A DNA stretch of 32,000 bases. It comes from Candidatus Brocadia sp. (GTDB lineage: Bacteria > Planctomycetota > Brocadiia > Brocadiales > Brocadiaceae). Positions 1 to 7,870 of the stretch are shown here, piece after piece (the first letter of the stretch is position 1; every line of letters begins with the position of its first letter). The notes under the pieces were generated by a model, which was not told the origin of the DNA, ran no database searches, and worked only from the letters and a program-made list of their open reading frames with translations. The DNA lies in the NCBI GenBank assembly GCA_021650915.1, contig CP091279.1, positions 2,310,001 to 2,342,000 of the forward strand, given 5' to 3'. The position numbers and the translations under genes are program-made.

Positions 1-822
1 CAGTATTTTCACAAGACCGTAAGCGTCCATGTTTACGTGGATACCGGCATGGGTAGTATTGGTGTGCGACACGACAAGGCTGTAGCGTTTGTGAAGTCTT
101 TGCAAGAGATGAAAAATCTCTCCGTTGACGGAATCTATACCCATTGCTCTTGTTCAGACGAGAAGGAATCGGCGTATACCAATCTGCAAATCAGCAGGTT
201 CAGGGACGTGCTGGCGCGTCTGGAGGTGGCCAAGATACCTATTCCGTTAAGGCATATGGCGAATAGCGGGGCCATTATCGGGTACCCGGATGCGTATTTT
301 GCCATGGTCAGGCCTGGTCTTTCGTTATACGGACTCTATCCTTCAGATGGGGTATCAAGGGACATCGGAATAAGGCCGGTCATGTGTCTCAAGACGCGCA
401 TTATTCATATCAAGGAGTTTGAGCCAGGCGATGTTGTTGGATATGGCAGGGCACATGTGGTCACGAAACGCACGAGCGTCGCAACCCTTCCCTTTGGATA
501 TAACGACGGATATAACCGGCTGCTCTCTGGTCAGGGATTCGTTCTTATCCGGGGCATTAAGGCACCCATTATCGGACGGGTTTGTATGGACCAGTGTTTC
601 GTGGATATAAGCCACATGCAGGGAGCAACCGTAGGAGACGAGGTTGTTGTGTATGGCCAGCAGGGACAGGAATCCATTTCCATAGAATCCGTTGCAAAAC
701 AACTCAATACCATCCCGTATGAGGTTACGTGTAACGTGAGCAAACGCGTACCCAGGGTCTATATTGGAGATGAGGATGGAGTCAGGGCTACGTCAAGTAT
801 AAGCGCAAGTACTGACACGTAA
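1..822 (+). CDS. alr: alanine racemase, C-terminal part (5' end lies upstream of the window)
   Basis: Frame 1 is open from base 1 (QYFHKTVSVHVYVDTGMGSIGVR...), so track ORF 37..822 is the tail of a longer gene. Alanine-racemase blocks are present: VDTGMGxxG, HMANSGA, VRPGLSLYG, GYGR, ATLPFGYNDGY, GRVCMDQ. Confidence 0.88.
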   Translation, partial: QYFHKTVSVHVYVDTGMGSIGVRHDKAVAFVKSLQEMKNLSVDGIYTHCSCSDEKESAYTNLQISRFRDVLARLEVAKIPIPLRHMANSGAIIGYPDAYFAMVRPGLSLYGLYPSDGVSRDIGIRPVMCLKTRIIHIKEFEPGDVVGYGRAHVVTKRTSVATLPFGYNDGYNRLLSGQGFVLIRGIKAPIIGRVCMDQCFVDISHMQGATVGDEVVVYGQQGQESISIESVAKQLNTIPYEVTCNVSKRVPRVYIGDEDGVRATSSISASTDT

Positions 823-875
823 AAAAGAAAAGGAATAAACTGGCTTTTTCAAAATGGTTCTTGTATAATAGTTTC

Positions 876-2601
876 ATGAACCATGAAGAGACACGAAAAA
901 GCGTAGTACCATCGGGCGGTCTTCACGGCATTGAAGTAAGACCCATCCGTCGGGAAGAACGAACCCGATGGGACGAACTCATGCGCCAATACCATTATCT
1001 TGGGCTTCACTCTCTGATCGGGGAAAGCATCCGGTATCTGGCGATACACCAGGGACAATGGCTTGCCTTGATCGGATGGTCAGCAGCGGCGCTCAAATGC
1101 AAGGTACGAGACCGCTGGATAGGATGGCCTTGCTTTCTTCAGTACCGGCGGTTGTCTTTTGTTGCCAATAACAGTCGTTTCCTGATCTTCCCTCATGTCC
1201 GTATACCCAACCTTGCCTCTTATGTCCTCGCCCGGAATCTCAAACGATTATCCCGGGACTGGCAAACCATCTATAACCATCCGATCTATCTTGCAGAGAC
1301 CTTTGTCGATCCGCGCTCTTTCAAGGGCACCTGTTACAATGCCCAGGGCTGGGAGTTTCTGGGATATACCCGCGGGTTTGCAAAATGCGCTCACCGGTAT
1401 TATTTCCACAACCAACCCAAGATGGTCTTTGTTCGTCCTGTTCTTCCCGATGGGAAAAGAAAACTCTCTGAACCGTACCTCGAAACCCGAAACACCCCAA
1501 AGGAGGTAAAACCGATGCGCCTTTCTCTGAAAGATGCTGAATCACTGAAAGAACGATTATCCCAGATTCCTGATCCCCGTCTATCACGCGGCAAACGACA
1601 CAGAAAGCTCTCCGTCATGACCCTTTCTCTTTGTGCCCTGCTGTGTTCTGCCACAAGCTTTGCCGCTATCGCTGAGTGGGCAAAATCATGCAGTCAAAAT
1701 ATGCTCAAACGTCTCGGCTGTCGTCTGAACCCAAAGACCGGCATCTATGAACCTCCCAGCGAACCTACCATCCGCAGGTTCCTGCAAGACGTTGATGCCA
1801 AAGCGGTAGATACGGCCCTCTACGGCTGGCTTCAGTCCCTTGCCGGAGAAGATACTGCCCTTGCCATTGACGGGAAGACCCTCAAGGGCGCATACCAGGA
1901 AAACGGGCAGAAAATTCATCTCCTCTCTGCCTTTCTCCAGCAAAAAGGCGTCGTTATCGCCCAATGTCCCGTTGACCAGAAAACCAACGAAATCCCAACG
2001 CTGAAAACCCTCCTTGACCCCTTAGACATCAAGGACAAGGTGGTCACTCTCGATGCCCTGCATACCCAAAAAGAGACGGCGCGGTATCTCGTTGAAGACA
2101 AGAAAGCCGATTACCTCTTTACCGTAAAAGACAACCAACCCACTCTCAGACAACATATCGAAGACCTCCGCCTGGTCTCTTTTCCCCCCTCAGCACAAAA
2201 CCATCGACAAACATCACGGACGCATTGAAATCCGCCAGGTCTGGACCAGCGCCGATTTAAACCATTACCTTGCATTCCCCTTGGTTGGACAGGTCTTTTG
2301 TATCCACAGAAAATTTACCTACCTCAAATCCCAAAAAACAACCGAAGAAACGGTCTATGGCATTACCAGCCTTACGCAACAAAAGGCAGACCCTGCCCGC
2401 ATACTCCGCTTGAACCGGGGACATTGGAGTATTGAAAACAGCCTCCATTACGTTCGTGATGTCACCTTTGATGAAGACCGCTCCCCGATTCGAACAAACC
2501 ATGCACCCAGGGTTATGGCAGCTGGTAGGAAGGAGGCGAATCGCCTCCAACCCCCAATCGTCGCCAGATACTTTGGACAACGTACCAAAGCATCCTTTTA
2601 A
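876..2601 (+). pseudogene. DUF4338 (DruA-like N-terminal domain) fused to an ISAs1-family (H-repeat type) DDE transposase, broken by a 1-nt frameshift
   Basis: N-terminal ~200 aa carry the DUF4338-type pattern HYLG..G..IRYLA...W.AL.GW.AAA.KC..RD.WIGW...R..RL..VANNSRFLI.P....NLAS..LA...RLS.DW...Y.HP..L.ETFVDP..F.GTCY.A.GW. The rest is ISAs1-like: IPDPR..RGKRH.L, AIDGKTLKG, HLLSAF, NEIP, VVTLDALHTQ, ADYLFTVKDNQP. The frame breaks in TTTTCCCCCC (2181-2190). The homologous continuation HKTIDKHHGRIEIRQVW...GHWSIENSLHYVRDVTFDEDRS.IRT..AP runs in the next frame to stop 2599-2601. The likely start is ATG 876; the track uses TTG 861. Confidence 0.8.
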
Positions 2602-4415
2602 ACCATACGGCTTTCCCGTAGTTAGCGACCCCATAGTGTTGCTCTGGAGCAGAGAAAAGTAAACTATCATGCCTTCGCACGTGCCTTAAGAAATTCTCTT
2701 TCAAATGAGAGTAACCCCATCTTAAAGAATCGGTGTACCGGGAAACGTTTGTTGTCAGTTTTCCATTTTCTCGAAAACTTGAAACTTCTCAGTCTCATGC
2801 GTACCCAGCAGTCTAACGAGCGATATACCGTTTGTACATTGCCCAGCCGAAAATAGTTGACATGTCCCCTTATGACAGGATTTAATGTATCAATGACGGC
2901 TTGCAGGTTGACGCCTTGTGTGCGTTTGGTGATGTCTCTGACGGCGTCCTTGAGTTTGTCCAGGGATTTCATGCTTACACCCTTGTTCTTGCCCATGAAA
3001 TTATATCCGAGAAACCGGAAGCCTCGTTTGAAGTTGGTGAGCCTGGTTTTATCCTCGCTCAGCTTCATTTCAAGTTTCCCTTCGATGATTTCTTTGACGT
3101 ACTGAAGGGCGGCAGGGAGTTCTTCTTTCGTTTTAGTCATGACAACGAAGTCATCGGCATAGCGGACAAATTTATATCCTGCCTTTTCAAGCTCCTTGTC
3201 GATGATGTCACCGATAAGGTTTGCAAGCAAGGGAGATATGACGCCTCCTTGCGGAGTGCCTTGATTTGTCTCATGCACGATACCGTTCTCCATGACCCCT
3301 GCCTTGAGCATGTTCTCGATACTGTTCAAAACCCATCCGTCAGCGATTTTCTCACGCAAGGAGTTCATGATAAGCTTATGAGGTATGGTGTCATAGAACG
3401 CCTTTATATCGGCGTCCAAAATGTTCCGATACCCTTGCTGCTTATACTGTTCAATCCGTTTGATAGCATCATGACAGCATCTGTTTGGACGAAATCCAAA
3501 GCTGTTATCTGAGAATTCTTTCTCGAATATTGGCTCTATGATTTGTCTGAACGCTTGCTGTACTACCCTGTCCTTGACAATGGGAATGCCAAGAGGTCTC
3601 TTGTCATGCCTGCCTTTGGGAATGTAGACCCTTAAGACGGGCGCAGGGTTGTATATGGCGGTTTTCAGTTCCCTGTGAATAGTTTGTATGTTATTCTCAA
3701 GGTCACTTTCAAACTGCTTAATACTTACCCTGTCGAGACCAGCCTTGCCTTTATTCTTCTTTACGTGCCCAAAAGCCGCATAAAGGTTTCTCAGACTGAA
3801 TACCTTGTCTCTTAAAGAATGATACTTAAGCATCTCCCGATATGTTCCTTTTGATTGATTCCGGATAATAGACTTGTCAATCGTGTTTCCTGAGTCGAGA
3901 TTCCTCCTGACAGAGGCAAAACAAGAGAGGCTCTTGCTACTACTTGCCCATGCAAAGAGTCTCTTTTCTCATGGAACGTATTCAATCTACCACGTTTCAT
4001 CAACTCCACTACGGTTATGCCCCTTCATTCCTGGTACACACCAGAAACTATTATGAGCAATGCTGACGACTTCAAAGGCAGACCTGTGAGAGCCAGTCGT
4101 CCGTCACCATCTCATACAGCTTGGATTTCGGATTTCCCTTATACCTCGCTGTTAGGGAATTTCTTCCCAAGACGTAAGTCCTCCCCCGGTCATATGGATT
4201 ACCCCTTTTCCCTTCGTGATGTATGTTCAAACGCATTATCCAGAGATGTTTTCACCTGGTCTCTTTTGACATCTCCAACAAGGACATTGTCAGTGCTTCA
4301 CTGAGAAAGGGCAGTTGGCACGAACTAACACGCCATACTCATACACCCCAAAAGGTCGTCTGTACCTCGTAACTCCGTCATACCCCTCACGGGAATACGC
4401 TATCCTTCTACGCAC
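2540..4415 (-). mobile_element. group II intron (5' end well supported, 3' end tentative)
   Basis: On the - strand, GTGCG (rc of 4411-4415) lies ~580 nt upstream of the RT/maturase ORF, the usual length for domains I-III. That region has no credible ORF and contains UAUGG and CCUAAC receptor-like motifs. About 127 nt with three hairpins follow the RT stop. No canonical domain V was recognised, so the 3' boundary (2540, or somewhere in 2516-2602) is a model only. Confidence 0.6.
2667..3833 (-). CDS. group II intron-type reverse transcriptase/maturase (no endonuclease domain)
   Basis: 388 aa with RT blocks RPLGIPIVKDRVVQQA, SFGFRPNRCCHDA, DADIKAFYDTIPH, TPQGGVISPLLANL, RYADDFVV (YADD). The maturase X motif is VIRGHVNYFRLGN, and the C-terminal end FFKMGLLSF is typical. 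No HNH/En extension. Confidence 0.92.
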   Translation of the reverse strand: MLKYHSLRDKVFSLRNLYAAFGHVKKNKGKAGLDRVSIKQFESDLENNIQTIHRELKTAIYNPAPVLRVYIPKGRHDKRPLGIPIVKDRVVQQAFRQIIEPIFEKEFSDNSFGFRPNRCCHDAIKRIEQYKQQGYRNILDADIKAFYDTIPHKLIMNSLREKIADGWVLNSIENMLKAGVMENGIVHETNQGTPQGGVISPLLANLIGDIIDKELEKAGYKFVRYADDFVVMTKTKEELPAALQYVKEIIEGKLEMKLSEDKTRLTNFKRGFRFLGYNFMGKNKGVSMKSLDKLKDAVRDITKRTQGVNLQAVIDTLNPVIRGHVNYFRLGNVQTVYRSLDCWVRMRLRSFKFSRKWKTDNKRFPVHRFFKMGLLSFEREFLKARAKA

Positions 4416-4464
4416 ACGGATTGCTCCTTTGTATACGCATAGGTACAAACTTCTCTACGAGGAT

Positions 4465-4896
4465 TTAGACTCGCAGAGGTGATATTTTCAACCACTTAGG
4501 TATCCCATACTTCAAGGCACGCCCTCTCTCACCCTCTGCCTGCATGGTTACCTGTGAAAAGAACAATCTCTGCCTCGCCTCCTCTTTGGTCTCTCCCGCT
4601 TCTTCCTCCCCCGCGACTCCTCGCTCTTCTCGCTCCCTGGCCTGCTTCTGGTTAAATTCATGCAGCGCATTATAATAGTCCACTCCAAACCTCACGTATC
4701 TTTCGTATCGAAAATGGTACAATACCTGAAACCACTCCGCATCATCGGTATTCAGCAGATATCTGTCGTCTTCATGAATGATATGGAATAATGGCTTTTG
4801 CTGGCTTGTGTTCCTCAATAATGGTATCATTTCCCTGTGCCATCCCTTGTATGGTATTTCGAATAGTTTGCCTGATTTATTATACAAGATGGGCAC
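4465..4896 (-). CDS. hypothetical protein (orphan; Glu/Arg-rich middle segment)
   Basis: 143-aa ORF with no recognisable motif. It lies on the same strand as the intron and ends ~50 nt upstream of the intron GTGCG. Coding status is uncertain. Confidence 0.35.
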   Translation of the reverse strand: MPILYNKSGKLFEIPYKGWHREMIPLLRNTSQQKPLFHIIHEDDRYLLNTDDAEWFQVLYHFRYERYVRFGVDYYNALHEFNQKQAREREERGVAGEEEAGETKEEARQRLFFSQVTMQAEGERGRALKYGIPKWLKISPLRV

Positions 4897-4995
4897 GACT
4901 ATTTTGTAATTTTTCCCCTCTTTTCTTCAAATATTTTTTCATCTCCCCTGAAAAACAAGCCTTTTCATGCTGCCGTTCTTGATATCTTTTTGTAG

Positions 4996-5289
4996 ACTTT
5001 ACAAAATTATTACCCCGTCCTATCGCCTCTTCTCCCTGATTTACAACGAATCTTTTCGCTTATGCGCCAGCTCTATACTCCCAAGCATGCCAGTTGGCTT
5101 AATATGGCTGAAATTGAAATCGGCATCATGGATCGGCAGTGTACTGGGTGCCGAATACCAAACGAACAAACCCTTCGGTCGGAAGTCGCTGCGTGGACTG
5201 ACCGACGCAATCAGGCCAAATCAACAATAGATTGGAAGTTTACACGGCAAGATGCTGATCAAAAGCTGTCAAGGCACTATGTTTCGTAA
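4996..5289 (+). pseudogene. IS630-family transposase, C-terminal remnant only
   Basis: ...RIFSLMRQLYTPKHASWLNMAEIEIGIMDRQC...RIPNEQTLRSEVAAWTDRRNQAKSTIDWKFTRQDADQKL matches the conserved IS630/DDE_3 C-terminus (YTPKHxSWLNxxEIE ... WxxxRN ... IxWxFTxxDAR.KL). The frame opens right after TAG 4993-4995. No N-terminal or catalytic part is visible upstream. Confidence 0.75.
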
Positions 5290-5344
5290 TTAATTTGTTG
5301 TAATACTAGAGCGACCAGCCTCGTCGCTCTACATTGAGAAGGTC

Positions 5345-5495
5345 GCCGAAGGCCCAATGTAATGTACAGGGATGCGTAAAATGCTGAAACACACCCCAAA
5401 CCCCTCTTTTTAGAGGCGAACTGAAAAGCCACTGCCGAAGGCAGCCTAATTAAACCAGCGCTTTTCGAATACGGTAAGCTTTAAAAGCCGAAGGC
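5345..5495. repeat. three copies of the 9-mer GCCGAAGGC (GCC-GAA-GGC mini-hairpins) in a non-coding stretch
   Basis: Exact copies at 5345-5353, 5434-5442 and 5487-5495. The middle copy extends to CTGCC-GAA-GGCAG (5432-5444). Nearby hairpins are AGAGCGAC-N7-GTCGCTCT (5309-5331) and ACATTG-N18-CAATGT. Confidence 0.6.
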
Positions 5496-5589
5496 ATAAC
5501 AAAACCCATAAGTATCAAGGCACCATATATTAATAAAATTGGAGCCATATCATAGAAACATATTCACTATTTCAGCACAATTCTATCGA

Positions 5590-5650
5590 TTTTAGTACCA
5601 AAGGAGAAACCCACACTCAGAGAGTGTGGGTTTCTCCTTTGGTACTAAAA
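5590..5650. terminator. 29-bp perfect inverted repeat (3-nt loop), probable bidirectional intrinsic terminator
   Basis: TTTTAGTACCAAAGGAGAAACCCACACTC-aga-GAGTGTGGGTTTCTCCTTTGGTACTAAAA. The GC-rich core CCCACACTC/GAGTGTGGG is followed by TTTCTCCTTT on either strand. The right arm covers the TAG stop (5645-5647) of the TonB-dependent receptor gene. Confidence 0.7.
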
Positions 5651-7870
5651 CTGGTAGCTCAGTCCAACAAAAAATGTCCTTCCGGGCCTGGGCAGGTCGT
5701 CGGACACTTCGGGAGGACCGGGGTCGCTATAGTCTTTGTCGAGCAGGTTGAATACCGTTCCCTGCACCTCCATGCTCTTAAAGAATTCCTTGGCGATGAG
5801 AGAGAGATTTAACAAGGCATACGATGACAAGTCGTCCCTCTCTTCATCAGGATCGTCATCGTCCCTGGACCGATTTCCGCTGAAAAAGGCGCTCAGGTTG
5901 GCGTTGATATATTTGCAGGGCTGCGCGTTCACTCCAAAGTTGCCGTAGTGTCTTGCAACAAACGGCAGGTCATTTCCGCGATTATCTTCCGGGTTTTGAT
6001 AGGTATAATTCATAAAAAGGTAATTCTCTTTCGTAATACTCACCCTGGTTTCCATCTCTATTCCCTGGATATGGGCATCGCCGAGATTTTCAAACTGGAA
6101 GATACTCCCCCTGGGGCGCATGGTAATGAGGTCTTCGACATCGCTATAGAAATAATTGACAGAAGATGCAACATATTTATTTACCTGATAACTTAGCCCT
6201 ACCTCATAGGTTCTGATCGTTTCCGGATCCAGGTCTTCATTTCCCACGATAGCAGGTTGATTGGTGATATACATCTCTTCGAGGCTGGGCGCCCGGAATG
6301 CCTCGCCATACAGCACCTTGAGGGAGGCATTTTCCATAAATGCCCATGTTAAGGCAGAGCGCGGACTGATCGCATTGCCAAAATCGCTGTACTGATCGTG
6401 CCGTATGCCCAGGGTAAGATTTACAGTGTCGGCAATATCCCAGGCATCCTGCACGTAGAGCGACCAGATCCTTCGGGTGACCTCCTTTAAGAAGGGGTAT
6501 TGATCAGAAAAGTCCTGGATTTCCGGCAAAGGATCAAGTGTTCCGGGATGAAAATTACTTGAAAAATCGACATTGGTCTGATTTATCAGCCGGTATTCAA
6601 AACCAAGGGTAAGCAAGTTGTCGTCAAATAATTGATAATCACAAGGGATCTCCGTACCGACCACTCGTTCGCTTACCTTGCCGTCACCAATAAATCCGTC
6701 GGGAAAAGTAACGGGAATACCAGAGTTGTTTCGTATCGTTGTCCCATCAGGCAGAGATTCAATGAAGAAGTCATCATCGAATTGGTCATAGTAGAGCCTT
6801 GGCTTTATGGTACAGGTATCTTCAAAGGTCTTTTGGTATCCGACCTCGCCGAATACGTAATTATTTTCAATATCAGATTCGTCATTGAGGGCCGACTGAG
6901 GGCCGATAAAGGGTTCCTTGTCTTTATTCAGATACATGCCCTCAAAATAGAAGTCCTGATAGACCACCCTGAGGTTCAGGTCAAATTGCTGCCGCTTGTC
7001 ACGCACGCGTCCCGGCGCAAGTGAAACATCGGGAAAGGGCGGGGTAGGAAGGCTGTTGTCCAGGGATGTTTGATAATCGCTATCCACGGTGCCATCAAAG
7101 CCGGACGTCTGCCGGTAGTGTGCCATGCCAGAGATATCAACCCTACCGAACGTTTTTCCAAACACGACGTTTTCATCATAGGTATCAAAACTCCCGTAGC
7201 CGCTACTTATCCTGATACCGTCAATGTCTTTCGCGTCTTTGGTAATAATGTTAATCACTGCCAGAAATGCGTTTTCACCGTACACGGCGGAACCCGGCCC
7301 CCTGATAAGTTCAATCCTCTTGATATTTTCTACCGGAAAATCGTCAAACCGGGTAAAGGCCCCGCCACTCAGCGGGGTATTTACGAGGTGCCCGTTCAGC
7401 ATAACCCGTATCTTCTCTGAACCCACCAGTCCTCTGACCGCGGGCGCTACCGCCCCAAATAGCGCATCCTTTAAAATTTCAAATCCCGGTATGGTTCTCA
7501 AAATCTCGGCAAAGGTGCGATATCCCAGATTTTTTATCTCGTCTGCAGTAATCACCGTAACGATGCCTGGCGCCTTGCCGATGGGGGTTTCGTGTCGTGT
7601 TGCAATGCTCACTTCTTCAGAGAATCCAAACCAGATTGCCTCTGTCCTGAGCGCCTCGGTAACAGCGGTTTCCACGCTCTGGTTGTGCGGTTCACGGAAA
7701 CCGGATGTGGCTCCAATAAGAGTCGCCGGCTCAGCAACGGAAGCAGCGAATATGTCTTTTTCGCCAACAGGAATTGAGGATACGGCGAAAAAAACATCAT
7801 TCATCACGATGAAAAACTTCACAAGGAGAGAAGAAAAGAGGCGTTTTTCAAGACGAGACCGGCTGGCCAT
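5645..7870 (-). CDS. TonB-dependent outer-membrane receptor
   Basis: Plug-domain motifs GIVTVITADEIKNLGYRTFAEILRTIPG and IELIRGPGSAVYGENAF, a long beta-barrel, and the C-terminal FFVGLSYQF with terminal Phe. The track ORF reaches 7951. ATG 7870 (MASRSRLEKRLFSSLLVKFF...) is preceded by GAGGAG at 7-nt spacing and begins a signal-peptide-like segment, so I prefer it. Confidence 0.88.
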   Translation of the reverse strand: MASRSRLEKRLFSSLLVKFFIVMNDVFFAVSSIPVGEKDIFAASVAEPATLIGATSGFREPHNQSVETAVTEALRTEAIWFGFSEEVSIATRHETPIGKAPGIVTVITADEIKNLGYRTFAEILRTIPGFEILKDALFGAVAPAVRGLVGSEKIRVMLNGHLVNTPLSGGAFTRFDDFPVENIKRIELIRGPGSAVYGENAFLAVINIITKDAKDIDGIRISSGYGSFDTYDENVVFGKTFGRVDISGMAHYRQTSGFDGTVDSDYQTSLDNSLPTPPFPDVSLAPGRVRDKRQQFDLNLRVVYQDFYFEGMYLNKDKEPFIGPQSALNDESDIENNYVFGEVGYQKTFEDTCTIKPRLYYDQFDDDFFIESLPDGTTIRNNSGIPVTFPDGFIGDGKVSERVVGTEIPCDYQLFDDNLLTLGFEYRLINQTNVDFSSNFHPGTLDPLPEIQDFSDQYPFLKEVTRRIWSLYVQDAWDIADTVNLTLGIRHDQYSDFGNAISPRSALTWAFMENASLKVLYGEAFRAPSLEEMYITNQPAIVGNEDLDPETIRTYEVGLSYQVNKYVASSVNYFYSDVEDLITMRPRGSIFQFENLGDAHIQGIEMETRVSITKENYLFMNYTYQNPEDNRGNDLPFVARHYGNFGVNAQPCKYINANLSAFFSGNRSRDDDDPDEERDDLSSYALLNLSLIAKEFFKSMEVQGTVFNLLDKDYSDPGPPEVSDDLPRPGRTFFVGLSYQF

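Noticed and set aside
2577-2613. Domain V candidate: AAGCCGUAU ... GUACGUUGU resemble the two canonical DV half-strands
   Set aside because: Two of the nine base pairs would be mismatched, including the pair of the triad C. The 19-nt insert between the halves forms no 5-bp stem or GNRA loop. The 3' half lies in the loop of a much stronger 10-bp hairpin.
866-2672. Terminal inverted repeats of the ISAs1-type element (ATAGTTT at 869-875 versus AAACTAT at 2661-2667; AACCATGAAG at 878-887 versus CTGCATGGTT at ~4542-4551)
   Set aside because: Matches of only 7-9 nt are expected by chance in the search space examined. Without other copies of the element, the ends cannot be called.
2667-4415. Retron or defence-associated RT (DRT/UG/Abi) with an upstream ncRNA
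   Set aside because: The - strand 5' GUGCG start, the ~580-nt ORF-free upstream segment of typical domain I-III length, the RGxxNYF maturase motif and the YADD core all fit a group II intron. No effector gene is adjacent. The non-canonical 3' end leaves a small residual doubt (see findings).
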